Notes under the pieces: generated by a model
The model's input: the letters and a program-made list of their open reading frames with translations, nothing else
Databases searched by the model: none
What the model was told of the DNA's origin: nothing
Part shown: positions 1-11,730 of the stretch, in pieces
Numbering within the stretch: the stretch's first letter is position 1
How the letters are laid out: every line of letters begins with the position of its first letter
Made by a program: the position numbers and the translations under genes
NCBI GenBank assembly: GCA_040285745.1
Contig: JAUFOR010000003.1
Coordinates: forward strand, 806,001-870,000
DNA from: Barthelona sp. PCE
Lineage: Eukaryota
Direction of reading: 5' to 3'
DNA length: 64,000 nucleotides

Positions 1-2
1 TC

Positions 3-1382
3 TATTCTTCTTACATTGCGGATTTGACATCTAGGCATTATTCATTTGCAAAGATTGATTTCCCGCGGACCAAGGACGATAGGAACATTGTCCCACCGCG
101 CAAAATAGCTCTTTCCCCAAACAAACAGTATTTGCTAATTCTCGGCGTCAACAATGAGGATGAATCCACACTCTTAAATGTATACAACATCCAGTCAACC
201 TCTTCACAGATCGAGCTCATCATAGTTTTTAGTGATTTCGGAGAACTGTATAGAGATGTGTGTTTTTTTCCCAATTCACGTGGAATCGCATGTATAACTC
301 AGGTCATGCCTAATTGTATCACGCTCATCAACATCGTGGAGAACAACACATCTGTGATACCGAGGCCGTTCACTATGTCGACGTTGGGTCCAGCAAGAGA
401 TGTTAACGGTAAGAACCTCGTGTTTGATGGTATCGAAGTCAACCCAGTTCTGAGTGACCTGTATCCACATGGAATTCACTACGTGACATGGTCTAACCAG
501 AGGAGCAAGGGTGACGTCGTTGCATGGTGTGTGTATCGATGTGAGTTGACAACAAAGCTCAAGGAATCCAAAGATGATTTCTTTAATTACAGCCCGGACG
601 AGGAAGGCAACCTACCGCAGCTCTTTTACCATTACAGGTATCAGCCCTTTCAACTGGAACTCACATCGTCCTGTTACGTTCACAAGATGATGTTTTCCAC
701 CCAAAGTGGACTGGGTTCCTTTAAGGTATTTGGTGTACTGCAGAGGAGGAACGACGGTATCAGGGTGTTTAACGTGGACCTACACCACGAAAGTCCATGT
801 AAGTTGAGTTTCATATCATTCCCCACAAGACCGACAAACATTCTCTTTACCAGCTTCCAACAAACATTTGTGTTAGGCAATTTCCCGAGCTTCCAGATTG
901 CGTTCAAGGACCTGGGTATCTTTGAGATTGCTAATGATTTTGTTTTTGAGTTCAAGCACAGTATCCCTTTCTTTTTAGGGTTAGGTAAGTATAAGAGGCT
1001 GTATATAGACAACGACCGACGATTACACATAATGTTTGTTGACCCAGAAGACTACTCAGACGAGTCAAAGGACTTGTACAGTCATTTCCTTGATGAAAAG
1101 GACTTGAACCGACAACAGAGAGTGTTGAGTGTTGGTTACGCTCCATGGGGAGAGTCTGAGCTGGACGATATCAAGACGATGACAATGTCCAGGGTCGTTG
1201 TTGCTGAGAGGATTGAAGGTTTACATTTGTTTAGATGTCAGTATTGTGGCAAAACAATGATAAAGCCTTTAAGGTGCAAGACATGCAAGAAAGTGGCATA
1301 CTGCAGTGACCAGTGTCACAAAGCGCACTGGAGCATCCACCAGAACCAGTGTTTACTAATGTCTAAGCGAACCAAAGAGTAA
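3..1382 (+). CDS. MYND zinc-finger protein, probably 5' partial
   Basis: C-terminal CQYC...LRCKTCKKVAYCSDQCHKAHWSIHQNQC is a MYND finger. The frame is open to the window edge and the ORF track starts at TTG. Confidence 0.75.
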   Translation, partial: YSSYIADLTSRHYSFAKIDFPRTKDDRNIVPPRKIALSPNKQYLLILGVNNEDESTLLNVYNIQSTSSQIELIIVFSDFGELYRDVCFFPNSRGIACITQVMPNCITLINIVENNTSVIPRPFTMSTLGPARDVNGKNLVFDGIEVNPVLSDLYPHGIHYVTWSNQRSKGDVVAWCVYRCELTTKLKESKDDFFNYSPDEEGNLPQLFYHYRYQPFQLELTSSCYVHKMMFSTQSGLGSFKVFGVLQRRNDGIRVFNVDLHHESPCKLSFISFPTRPTNILFTSFQQTFVLGNFPSFQIAFKDLGIFEIANDFVFEFKHSIPFFLGLGKYKRLYIDNDRRLHIMFVDPEDYSDESKDLYSHFLDEKDLNRQQRVLSVGYAPWGESELDDIKTMTMSRVVVAERIEGLHLFRCQYCGKTMIKPLRCKTCKKVAYCSDQCHKAHWSIHQNQCLLMSKRTKE

Positions 1383-1568
1383 ATTTTCACAATTATTTGT
1401 TTTTTGTAATTGTTTACTTTCAATTCCTTTAGCAGCATGTGTTGTGGATAGAACAACAATAAAGCGTTGATTTTTCTTCTTCTGACAGTAGCTTCACAAA
1501 GATGTTGACTGTTTTCTTTTTTCACACACTTTTACAGTCGTTTCCGTTTGGTAAACACACGCACACAT

Positions 1569-2108
1569 ATGGGTAATATACTATCACTGTTTAAGAGGTT
1601 TAGAAATCGAGTTCCACCACGAATTCTTATTGTAGGTCTTGCAGCAGCAGGAAAAACGACTATTTTGCATCGGTTAGCGGACGGCGAGTTCGTTGAAAAC
1701 ACAATGCCTACAATTGGATTTAACCACGAGTTTATTAAAGATGAGGAAACGGGATCAACATTCACAGCTTTTGACTTGAGCGGTCAGACAGGGTTCAGGC
1801 ATCATTGGGGCGCATACTCCGAAAACACATCGGGAATAATATTTGTTGTGGATAGTACGGATATTGAGACGTTGAACTTAGCACGTGATGAGTTATGGAA
1901 TTTATTAAACTTGGAAGAGCTTAGTGACTGTGTTTTTGTGGTCTTTGCAAATAAGACGGACCTTCCAGATTGTATGGGAGCAAGTGATATATCTCAGCGG
2001 TTGAATTTGTATTCGATTCGCAACAATGCATGGAGTATTTTTGAAACTTCTGCTAAAACCGGCAAGGGGTTGCTAGAGGGCTTCGGATGGCTTGCACAAC
2101 GGATATAG
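1569..2108 (+). CDS. ARF/ARL family small GTPase
   Basis: MG myristoylation start, [29 protein letters not shown]. Confidence 0.92.
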   Translation: MGNILSLFKRFRNRVPPRILIVGLAAAGKTTILHRLADGEFVENTMPTIGFNHEFIKDEETGSTFTAFDLSGQTGFRHHWGAYSENTSGIIFVVDSTDIETLNLARDELWNLLNLEELSDCVFVVFANKTDLPDCMGASDISQRLNLYSIRNNAWSIFETSAKTGKGLLEGFGWLAQRI

Positions 2109-2120
2109 AAACAAAAGTAA

Positions 2121-2447
2121 ATGTGGATAGTTTTTAAATTTTACTTGTACTGCATTTTTGTAAGTAATATTTTTTTTACATTGATTCAAAAGCTGCAAAA
2201 AATCAAGATTTGATTAATATTATAGAGGTCGAAGCATAGTTATGTTTTTTCTGCCGGTTTTGCAATTTTTCTCCTTATTGCATCATTTATCATACTATCA
2301 GACGTGATGCAAGACGTACCTTGTTATGGAAACAGTGGATCATCGCGGAGATCATCTATATGTTGGCAAGAGTGGGAAACGACTCCTTTCGAACTTGAAT
2401 TAGGTTTTGGTCCAATAGATGAAGATTTTGTTCTTTATTGTGAGTAG
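2121..2447 (+). CDS. Putative spliced small membrane protein, 86 aa (exons 2121-2159, 2226-2447)
   Basis: ATG exon, GTAAGT donor at 2160, TTAATATTATAG acceptor ending 2225, phase-0 join into an open frame with a hydrophobic segment. Confidence 0.4.
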
Positions 2448-2455
2448 TGACCGCA

Positions 2456-3859
2456 TCATAAATCATTGTTAAATAAGAAATCTTGCAGCAATGGAATAAT
2501 GTTTAAATGATCATTGTTGCTTAGAACCGACACAATTTGTGCCTGTGTTTCCATCTGCATTATGCGCTCCTTTCTGTACAATAGAATAACCACTGCCAAA
2601 ATACCAACCAGACTCAGATCATCAAAAGCAATTATTCTATCCCAGAGGAAGAAGAGTTCCGTTGGTTTCAGGTAGCCAATGAAGCCCTGAAGGATCCAGG
2701 GAAAAACAAGATCTATGGGTTCTACACCACATCGTCTTAAATGTAGCATCAAATCCAACGCTTCTCTCTGAAGCAAATTTTCAAAAATTGCAGATATTTG
2801 GACAATAGACATCTTTTTATCGTCAACGCTGTGGAGATACCGGAAATATCTTGTGTAAATAGCATGAAACAAAGGATAAGCTGCTCTAGCGTTTTGAAAC
2901 ATCATACTCACCATTGCAGCGAAGCAAGAGAACCCCCTGAACGGTACCAAGTCCTCGACGTCACGCACGAGCACCATGTTCAGGGAGAGATAACTCTCAT
3001 AGAAAGGAAAGTAGTGTGCGGAATCGAATAGCAAAGCACTATCGTTTTGAAGAATTCTGTCCATGCCAAAGGGCTCCAGCCTACTCTTGTCGAACAAATC
3101 AGTGAAAATTTGTGTTTTGCTATGGTCAACGTTCAGTATTAAAGACCATGCCTCCGCTCTGCATCCCATGGGAATACCTAGCTTCGCCAGCTGTATGAGT
3201 GTCTCTGCCACGCCCGATTTTAACATCTTTTCACACACAACATTCCATCTTGCTGTAAATTTCACATCAAAGAGGTTGTTTAATCCATAATGAGGGTTGT
3301 CAGGCGATAATTCGCTAAACATGTCGCGCAGGGTGCTCATTGCGGGCGCATTGTTGAAACAAGAAATGGAACCAAGTGAGGTGCCGGATGCACGAACATT
3401 GGTGTTAACACAGCTCTTTATCAGCTCAAGCAAAGACCCTGGTTGGAATATGCACAGTCTGCGGTCACCCTGAGGCACGATCTCAAGCGATATCGGGCGA
3501 CGTAGCCTCACTGGAATGTCATAGTGGTTGAAGGTAGCTATAGTCTTCTGTTGTAGTATAGTTTTCCAGCGATGAATAGCATCTGTGAGGAATTGGATGG
3601 GCTGAGCTTGGTGTGAAAGCTGTGAAGTGGACCTTGTCTCTTGAACAATAACATTAACGGCATTACGCAATGAAGCAGACGCCTTGCCAAAGAGCAACGC
3701 CTTTTCCACGCTCTCATCGAGCGACATCTTTGAGCTCTTCTTATTTCGCAAAACAACCTCAACAAGATCGTTAAATATTTGGTGTGATTCTTCTTTTTTA
3801 AGAAGATGCTCGACTATCACCTTAGGGTCCGGTATGTCCCTGGATCTGATGGTGTCCAT
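2456..3859 (-). CDS. Rab-GAP TBC domain protein (TBC1D19-like)
   Basis: GIPMGCRAEAWSLIL, FPWILQGFIGYL, LWDRII motifs; ATG at 3859. Confidence 0.8.
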   Translation of the reverse strand: MDTIRSRDIPDPKVIVEHLLKKEESHQIFNDLVEVVLRNKKSSKMSLDESVEKALLFGKASASLRNAVNVIVQETRSTSQLSHQAQPIQFLTDAIHRWKTILQQKTIATFNHYDIPVRLRRPISLEIVPQGDRRLCIFQPGSLLELIKSCVNTNVRASGTSLGSISCFNNAPAMSTLRDMFSELSPDNPHYGLNNLFDVKFTARWNVVCEKMLKSGVAETLIQLAKLGIPMGCRAEAWSLILNVDHSKTQIFTDLFDKSRLEPFGMDRILQNDSALLFDSAHYFPFYESYLSLNMVLVRDVEDLVPFRGFSCFAAMVSMMFQNARAAYPLFHAIYTRYFRYLHSVDDKKMSIVQISAIFENLLQREALDLMLHLRRCGVEPIDLVFPWILQGFIGYLKPTELFFLWDRIIAFDDLSLVGILAVVILLYRKERIMQMETQAQIVSVLSNNDHLNIIPLLQDFLFNNDL

Positions 3860-4033
3860 AATTATAAGTATTAAATCGTAAAATTTGTATGCCCGCAAAT
3901 ACGTGTGAAAATGGAAAACGAGTTAACATATCTTTACAAGTTCAAATCACAGATGGAGGTGGGAACATTTCTATGTTTAGTTTGAGTATGTACAAAATAT
4001 GCTTTTCACTATATTTTCCTTACACAATTGAAT

Positions 4034-4369
4034 ATGTCAGGTTCTGTGCTTCAGAAACCGAAAATTCACCCCTACTATGAGAATTTACAGGGCAAGTCGT
4101 GGGGAATGCTGGACGAAACCGCAACCCCATATGATTTACAGAAAATTGCATTACGGAACTCTTTCCAGTACATGTTGCGTTTGCCTGGGTACGACACGAT
4201 GCTTTCCATTGCAAAAGACAGTTCTATAGAGACAGTTCGCAGTGATTTGCAACAAAAAATTGCAAATCCAGTTGGGCCTCCTCCTAAGCCTTTAAATTAC
4301 CAAGAACTCCATGCCAAGAGGGGTGATTTATTGAATAAGGACAACACAATTGTCAAGAAACCACTTTGA
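4034..4369 (+). CDS. Hypothetical protein, 111 aa
   Basis: ATG-initiated ORF filling the gap between TBC and Rab28. Confidence 0.6.
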   Translation: MSGSVLQKPKIHPYYENLQGKSWGMLDETATPYDLQKIALRNSFQYMLRLPGYDTMLSIAKDSSIETVRSDLQQKIANPVGPPPKPLNYQELHAKRGDLLNKDNTIVKKPL

Positions 4370-4371
4370 TA

Positions 4372-5049
4372 CTATTGCAAAGAACACCAACCACTCGCTT
4401 CTTCAATTACTTGCACTTCTTCACCGTTGTGTGGCGTCTGTATAATGTGCGCCTCCATAACCTGTGTCTCACTATCTAATTGCGTCTTTGTGAGTTGGAT
4501 TCCACAGAGATCTGCAGCAACCTTAAAGAACGCCTTGCCAACGTTATCACCTGTCTTTGCGCTGACGAAAAGACTGTTCATGGTGTGTTCTTGAGCAAAA
4601 CTTGAGTGTTGTGATATACGAATCATACGAAGATGACTGAGATCCGTCTTGTTTCCTAATAAACTACATAAAGGTATCGGTTGCTCAGATTCCCTGAACA
4701 CATCCTGTACAATCTCATGCCAATCCTTTAAATCATGGAAACTTTGAAGATTGGTGATATCATATACAAAAAGAATTGCATCCGCACCGAATATGTAATT
4801 CCTCAGTGATTTTGAACCAATTGCTTGTCCTCCAATGTCCCAAAGAGAGATGATAGCCATTGTGCCATCAGGAAGTGTAATATTTGTTGAGAAGAAATCA
4901 AGTCCAATAGTCTGTTTGTAACTCTCGCTGAAGTAGTCCTGGCAGAATCTGCACACCAAACTGGTCTTACCTACTGAACCTGAACCTACAACAACGACTT
5001 TAAATCTCTTTGTCTGTACCTCTTCGTCTGAATCAATCGCGAGAGACAT
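4372..5049 (-). CDS. RAB28: Rab28 GTPase
   Basis: GSGSVGKTS, QTIGLDFF, WDIGGQ (Rab28 signature), GNKTD, CaaX CSLQ. Confidence 0.88.
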   Translation of the reverse strand: MSLAIDSDEEVQTKRFKVVVVGSGSVGKTSLVCRFCQDYFSESYKQTIGLDFFSTNITLPDGTMAIISLWDIGGQAIGSKSLRNYIFGADAILFVYDITNLQSFHDLKDWHEIVQDVFRESEQPIPLCSLLGNKTDLSHLRMIRISQHSSFAQEHTMNSLFVSAKTGDNVGKAFFKVAADLCGIQLTKTQLDSETQVMEAHIIQTPHNGEEVQVIEEASGWCSLQ

Positions 5050-5168
5050 GAACTTGTCCGTGGTTGCCCTGTGAAAACAATGATGAAGAAAAAGAGAAGA
5101 AATCTCGAAACAACTGTTTGGGTTTTGCGCCTGTTTTTATTTTCACATACTTAGAATGTATAGATTTA

Positions 5169-7619
5169 CTACATCATGGGATATACATCCTCCCCAATAA
5201 CACTGAATGATCCTTTCTTATCTGCAAGAACATGCAAACAGACCTTAAAATCTTCATATGACAATGTATCATCTTCAACATTGTATACTTCAAAGAGCTG
5301 CTGCACTGTGCACTGTGTAGCCATCAAAGAGCGGAAACTTTCTGAAGTTCTGAAGACTGAGTCGATCCTCTCAACGTACTCATGGGTAGTTGCAGGTCTT
5401 GTTCTTCCAGCTATTGCTGCTTCCTCCATCGCAGCAAGCTCAGCGTCTTCACGCTCTCTCAGGGCCGCTGCCCCCTGTCTTGTCAGCGTTATTGGTGAAC
5501 GGAGGGTGTTCTCTTCTTCATCCGTCTCTTCATCACTTTCCATTGGGAATACAGGCGCAGTAAAATCTTTCTTGGGCGTTTGTTCCACAGTTTCTGGGAG
5601 CGCCTGTACCTTCCTATCCATCGGGGCAGTCTGCTCTGCTTGAGGTTTATGACTGCGCATGTTTTGTTTCAGTTCCAAATCAGCCACCATGGTATCGTCC
5701 ATCGCTCTCTTGACGTCTGCACTCTTAAGCGCTGTCTGGAACAGGCGAACGGCCTCCTCTGCATCTTTCAACTCGACCTTGTCCTCACTGAAGCGCAGTT
5801 TCGCAACACTCTCAGCCAAACGGATGAGGGCTTCCAGTGAACGCGGTGTAAGGGGCAGGAACTTTTTATCAGTGACCTGGTCCCTATCACGTGCACGCAT
5901 GTTTACCCACCTGTTCTTTAAGTAGTCCATTGCGTTCCTTGTCAATTTAGGTTTGAGTTGCCTTGTGAAATGGAAGAGCTTTTTGAGAAAGTCGATATCA
6001 AGATCGCCACGCTTCGCCTTGAACTTGCCACAGTGGACATCAAGGATATGGCCTGCAATCATGTAATCAAGGTTCTTGTCGAATCTGTCTACAATTACCC
6101 AAATAAGATCGAATCTGGACAATAGCGACCTCGGTAAAGATATGTTATCTTCAGGCGGCAGTTCCACCGCATAGTGGCCAGCGACAGGGTTGGCAGCAGC
6201 TAGCACAGAACATCTTGCGTTGAGCTCGGTGTGGATTCCTGCCTTTGTGATTGTAACCGTCTGCTGCTCCATGACTTCGTGCAGTGCTACCTGGTCGACG
6301 GCCGACATCTTGTCGAACTCATCGATAACGACGACGCCCTGATCAGCCAGAACCATTGCACCCGCCTCAAGCTTCCTCTCGCCGCTTTCAGGGTCTACAC
6401 CGACTGAAGCTGTGAGACCGACACCCGTCGATGACTTACCCGTGGTGGAGACCGCCAATGGTGCGACTTTGAGAACGAAACGACAAAGCTGTGATTTTGC
6501 TGTTGAAGGGTCACCAATAAGCATAATATTGATGTTTCCTCTTAAAAATGACCCAGAGGCGAGGTTCATCGTGTTTCCACCTGCTAACATACACGCTATG
6601 CTTTGCTTGGCATCCTGATGACCGTAGACGGAAGGCGCAATGCTATCGCCAATGACATGAAGTGCGTTCTCCGTTCCATGGCAGAACTCGCGCACCTCTT
6701 CGCGGTCTTCAGTTGTGTATCTATTGTCGAGACGCGCGTCGATATGTTCCACATTGTTAACCACGAGTATAGTTTTGAGGTAACCGTCCAGATGTGTTGT
6801 GAATGCTTGCGGCCGGGCTATGTAACATCCGTTGAGCTTGACGCGGTCTCCTGGCTTGACGCGATCAACGTATGATCTCTTCATGACGACGATGCAACTC
6901 ACTGGGAGTCTACCCGTAGGTGTTCTCTCTGGCAGCTCCTGTAGTGTCACGTACTGCATGTCAAAGTACATAGAGTGGCCGTATTGAGGAATGAGCACCT
7001 TCTGATCGTTGTGTGTGAGTGGTGCTGCTGTTGATGAGAGACCGTATGTGGAAAGTGAGAGTCCATCAGGTGTGTTCGTTTCAAGAAGTGTGTTGTCCTC
7101 GGGCGAGTGATACACAGCATGCGAAAGTTGAGGGTGTGATGAACCTGTTCGGGTTACAACACCTTCAACACTCACCATTTTGTGTAAAAAAGTGTGATCC
7201 AGTTCACGGGGAGATACTCGGTTACGACCGAACGCACCTACGAGTGAAATCTGTACCTCTCTGTGCATTTTTCTGTGATTGAGGGGATGTGTAGGTGCCT
7301 TATGTGTTTCATCGATTATCTGGGTTAGAACCCGCTCTAGTGGTGGGAAATACTCCAGGGCATCGTCCATAAGCCCTCTATACATACTGGCATCCCATTC
7401 GAGGATATCCTCCACGTTTATGCTTATAATTCTTGTTTCAGTCTTTTTATCCCATCCATCGATCATACTCTGAACCCTATGGTGTATTTTGCGTGAAAAC
7501 TGCTAAAAATTAGAAAAAATCATCAAGTAATTTTCAATCCATACTGTTGGTTCTTCCGGAGAGAAGAATTGATACCACCGCATCTGTATCTCATTTGCTT
7601 CCCCAAACTGTTGTGTCAT
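5169..7619 (-). CDS. MCM3: DNA replication licensing factor MCM3 (exons 7619-7545, 7502-5169)
   Basis: GDPSTAKSQL, LEAGAMVLAD, IDEFDKM, SRFDL; upstream exon joins in frame across a 42-nt intron. Confidence 0.92.
7503..7544 (-). other. Spliceosomal intron, 42 nt, in MCM3
   Basis: GTATGG...CTAATTTTTAG; removes an in-frame TAG; NAGNAG alternative acceptor at 7500. Confidence 0.85.
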
Positions 7620-7685
7620 TAATTCCCTGAAATATGTTAAGAAATGGGTGTAAAATCAGAAAACAATTTTTATCATTTACTCATA

Positions 7686-8933
7686 TCACAATGTAACGCC
7701 AGTAACGCCCAGATTGATGCCCTCGTTTGCTTTAAACTCTGAATATAATGAAAATAACACATGCAAACTTTCAATAGGATTTTCTGACATGGGTATGTCG
7801 AGCAGTGCACATAAAATTTCTAAGTATTTCTTGTCTGTACAATCTAAATACGGCATTGGCATAGCAAAATCTTTAAGTTTTTCTTCAAAATCAGTGTTAA
7901 ATGTTTGCATTAATGTGTCTATCTCTGGCATTGGTATTGAATAATCTACAGTAGGTGCAGGTGCCAAATCATGAATTTTTTCAACGTTTTTAATCCAATT
8001 CTCTATTTGTTTACCATTCTTTTCAGCATTCTGAATAAAACCAACTGTTTTAGGTTTTTTGGAAGAAGTTTTACCCTGTGAACGCAACTGCAATTCAAAA
8101 ACAACAGGGTCTGTACTCTTGATAGAAGGTTCATCTGTTACTTCATAGCCTAAAACTTCATCCTTTCCATCCGGCCTTGATGGCTTCAAATAATCATCTG
8201 TTTCACCTGTGACTGTTAAGAATTGAGGTAAGAATGGTTCTAAAACCGCTTCTATCTCGATTGCTTGTGCTGTATACGCCTTCTCGAAAGATAAAATTTC
8301 TTCAATAGATTCTGTGATTTCCCCCAACGCTTGTTTCTCTTCATAGTCATATTCTTCTTCGTCTTCATATGTTGGGACATTGGCGTATCCCTCAGGTGAG
8401 ATACCGACTTCCTCCTCATTATCCTTGGTGGGGAAGCCCTGATAATCATCGTAGTCATCAAATGTGTAATTGGCTTGTGTAGGTTCTGCTCGTTCGTGGT
8501 CGAATTCATCTTCAATATCATTCTCCAGGTTGCGTGTGTACATATCTCTATCCTGGTCGATATCTATAGACGGGGAATTGCCCACTTCGTAACTTTCATA
8601 ATCAATTTCAGGTGATTTTGCAGAAGGTGCGTTTGGAACATAGATATCAGGTTCATCATCTGTACTTTCATCAGTCTCCGTGAATTCAGATGATAGTGAC
8701 CCATCAGAATCAAGTAATTCGATTGCTTCATCATAATGCTGGTTGTTTACGGAAGTGCTCTAAAAGTAAGTGATTTATATGTGATGATGGTGTAATACCT
8801 TGCCTAGCGTCGTTTCTGCCTCTATATTTTGTGTACGAGCAACAGGTTGTGTAACTTCAAAGTCGGAATGCCCACTTTCTGAAGAACGATCAAAATCCGA
8901 TGGATCTGAGAGCTCAGCTGTGCCTATATCCAT
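7686..8933 (-). CDS. IFT46: Intraflagellar transport protein 46 (exons 8933-8799, 8759-7686)
   Basis: NQHYDEAIEL, LEPFLPQF..GETDDYLK..RPDG, MPEIDTLMQ, IESLHVLFSLYSEFK. Confidence 0.9.
8760..8798 (-). other. Spliceosomal intron, 39 nt, in IFT46
   Basis: AAG|GTATTA...CTTACTTTTAG|; phase-0 join that removes stops. Confidence 0.85.
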
Positions 8934-9013
8934 CGTTGCGCAATTAAATCCCTTGAAACAACTTGTAAAGGTAGAAAATCTGTAATACAGATTTAACAAC
9001 CTTTTCATATCCA

Positions 9014-11722
9014 ATGTCTTTGGAGACTGTCGTGGAATATCTTATCGCCCACGATTTAAACATAACAGCTTTGGAATTATTATACGAGCTGCATGATTTG
9101 GGGCTTGACAACATTCAACTGCAGCAGCACATCGATAAACTATGTCAGAACCTACCACAATCAGCAAGGTCCCGATCAGTGTCGCTTTCTACCACAAACA
9201 GCGTTTTTCACGATATTTCATTATCTTTACGTATTCAGGAACTTGAGAAACAGTTGGCAGACAGTAAGCGGCGAGAATTGGAACTTGAGCACAAGCTGGA
9301 CCATTCAGTCTCGTCATTTATGGATATTGATATTGATACTGAAGATTCGGAAGAAACACTTATAGGAGCCATTTTTACGTATCTTCAGAAGCATAAACTC
9401 ACGCTCACGGCATTCCAGCTGCTCGAGGAGAAGGAAACTGTGGAGCCAACGAATGAAATTGATTTAGATGAGTTGATCATTGCCGCAAAACAAAAGGAAA
9501 CGGTTTTGGCCGAATATGAGATGCTTCAGCAGCAAATTGTGGAGGAATCACGTAAATCTGATCCAAGGAGTTCTCTTTATACAACCCACACGTCATCAAT
9601 TTCATTCAGGAAGGACCATATAATCTACATTGAGCGTGGGAAATCGCTTGCAGCAGAGTTCAAGAGGTTGCACGAGACAGAGACGAATCCATTGAGCGTC
9701 ATGTGTAATTATTCGGAGAACGTCATCTTCGTCACACTCTATTCCCTACTGCTTATTGATGACGAGGCAGACCCAGCGCTGGTCGAGCGTCTCAACGATA
9801 CACTCTTGCGTCAGTTGCAGAATGGTGGTCTGAATGATCCAGAGGTCAAGGAGCTCATTATGTTATTCTTGGGTCTCGCGACTGTTGATGTTTCTCGGTC
9901 ATTTATTCAAGTGCTCCTCGAGATCTTGCATATAGAGGAGGGTGTCAAATTTCTCATTGATATTTCGGATGCGCTTCACAATGCCTACTTTGATTTTTTC
10001 CCATTTTTATCTATTCTCATTGCTCTAGTTCCTGAGGCACCGGAAAAGGTTGTGTCGCACGTAGAAACGCTGTGTGCAGACTTTAGTGCTCACGACACAC
10101 CGTTCCCGAACCAGTACTTCACGTTGCTTGTTCAACTGCTCTTTGCGCTCATGCACATGGGTAACGGTCCCGAAGCAATACTGAACAATTTTTTTGAGGT
10201 TGATTTCAAGGATAAGAGTACATTCCTGCTCTCAAGACCTACCGTTGCGTTTGTGAGTCAATACATCAAGTTAACAGGAACGGTATCTCCTCTAGCATCA
10301 GTGAAGGAGCTTGCCCCAATTGCATTGTGCCTCAACTACCTCCGAAAATGCATCATGTTGTTGGTTATTCACCGAGGTGATGTTATAGTTGATCTTGATT
10401 GGATGCATTCAATACCCCCCAATGATTTGTTGTCTTTCGAACCGGTCATGCTTCTCGACAGTGAGGAGCTGCATGATTTCGCCGGGTATGTCAACGAGGA
10501 TGTACCCACCGAACTCTTTTCGTTGATGAGTTATAGCAATCAACTGCTGCCAGTTTTCTTTTTAACCCACGTTTCGTCGGTGTTTCAAGAGATGTTCACG
10601 AATCTCTATTCGTATGACCCAGCAATCATAAGCGTATTCCTGCGTATGCTGAAACTTCCAAAGTACCGATCTTTCTGCACACAAATTTTAATTCGCGCAA
10701 TCAAAACTTCAATTAAAGACCGATCCGCTTTCATCACAGCCATTGTGTCATCCATTGTATTCGAGGAAGATGGGTGGTGCCTGGACGACCTGGAGGGGTT
10801 CTGCCTCACTGTGAAGTTAATATGCAAGCCTTTAGGGTTTGATGTTTATGATTCATTTGTCAGTGGAAGTGTTGCAAAATTACAACAGGAAACATCAGTT
10901 GAGTGTCTAAAGGCCGCCGTCCGCGCGTTTTTGAATCTCACAGTGCATAATAGCAGTGATATTCGAGCGGTTGCCTGTCTTCTGATTGGGCACCTAATTG
11001 AGTTCATCGAATTTGAAACCATCAAGCAGGATATCCTCCCGACGCTCCTCTCCAACGCACAAAACTCACAGTCGACGAAGCTGCTGGAGAGCTGTGTGGC
11101 ATGTCTCACCGAAGTTGTCCGACATGTTAACTCGTCCGAGGTTTATATGTCGATCTACGACGCCTTGCGCTCCATAAAATTCACACCCGACGGGCACGTG
11201 GCGAGCCTCATGTGCTTCTTACTGCATCAGGTATTGTCGCACAACAGGAAACTGTTCGAGGTTATGTCGGATCCCCTTTTGCTGTGTTGCTTCGAGTGCT
11301 ACAACATGGAGGAGGCCGAGTTCTCCCCCCTCGTGAGGATGGTCAGCCAGCTGATGGAGGAGCCTCTTGATTGGATTGAGGTTGAGTTCGCCGAGCAGCT
11401 CTATGACCATGTTGTTGCAGTTAAGGACACGGTGAGCAAAGAAAAGCATGAGCAGAGCAGGAAGGTTCTGTCCAACTTTGGCAAGGCTGTCAAGCGGCGT
11501 AGAGATGCGAATAAGTCGTTTACAGATTTTTTCGGATTCAAGAAGAAGAAGGAGGAAGATCCTGTGGAGGAAGAACCTAAGCTTGAAATCGAAACTGAGG
11601 TTGCCGAGGACCCAGAAGACGGTACTATCCAGTTCGAAACAGTGCAGGAATTGCAGGCCAAAGAGGAGGAGGACGACGGCAGTTTGACGAACGCGTTCAA
11701 GTTTGTCAAATCCTTGTTGTAA
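9014..11722 (+). CDS. LisH, coiled-coil and HEAT repeat protein (RELCH/KIAA1468-like)
   Basis: Two LisH-like motifs (YLIAHDLNITALELL; YLQKHKLTLTAFQLLEE), coiled coil, C-terminal HEAT-like repeats. Confidence 0.65.
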   Translation: MSLETVVEYLIAHDLNITALELLYELHDLGLDNIQLQQHIDKLCQNLPQSARSRSVSLSTTNSVFHDISLSLRIQELEKQLADSKRRELELEHKLDHSVSSFMDIDIDTEDSEETLIGAIFTYLQKHKLTLTAFQLLEEKETVEPTNEIDLDELIIAAKQKETVLAEYEMLQQQIVEESRKSDPRSSLYTTHTSSISFRKDHIIYIERGKSLAAEFKRLHETETNPLSVMCNYSENVIFVTLYSLLLIDDEADPALVERLNDTLLRQLQNGGLNDPEVKELIMLFLGLATVDVSRSFIQVLLEILHIEEGVKFLIDISDALHNAYFDFFPFLSILIALVPEAPEKVVSHVETLCADFSAHDTPFPNQYFTLLVQLLFALMHMGNGPEAILNNFFEVDFKDKSTFLLSRPTVAFVSQYIKLTGTVSPLASVKELAPIALCLNYLRKCIMLLVIHRGDVIVDLDWMHSIPPNDLLSFEPVMLLDSEELHDFAGYVNEDVPTELFSLMSYSNQLLPVFFLTHVSSVFQEMFTNLYSYDPAIISVFLRMLKLPKYRSFCTQILIRAIKTSIKDRSAFITAIVSSIVFEEDGWCLDDLEGFCLTVKLICKPLGFDVYDSFVSGSVAKLQQETSVECLKAAVRAFLNLTVHNSSDIRAVACLLIGHLIEFIEFETIKQDILPTLLSNAQNSQSTKLLESCVACLTEVVRHVNSSEVYMSIYDALRSIKFTPDGHVASLMCFLLHQVLSHNRKLFEVMSDPLLLCCFECYNMEEAEFSPLVRMVSQLMEEPLDWIEVEFAEQLYDHVVAVKDTVSKEKHEQSRKVLSNFGKAVKRRRDANKSFTDFFGFKKKKEEDPVEEEPKLEIETEVAEDPEDGTIQFETVQELQAKEEEDDGSLTNAFKFVKSLL

Positions 11723-11730
11723 CAGTTTAT

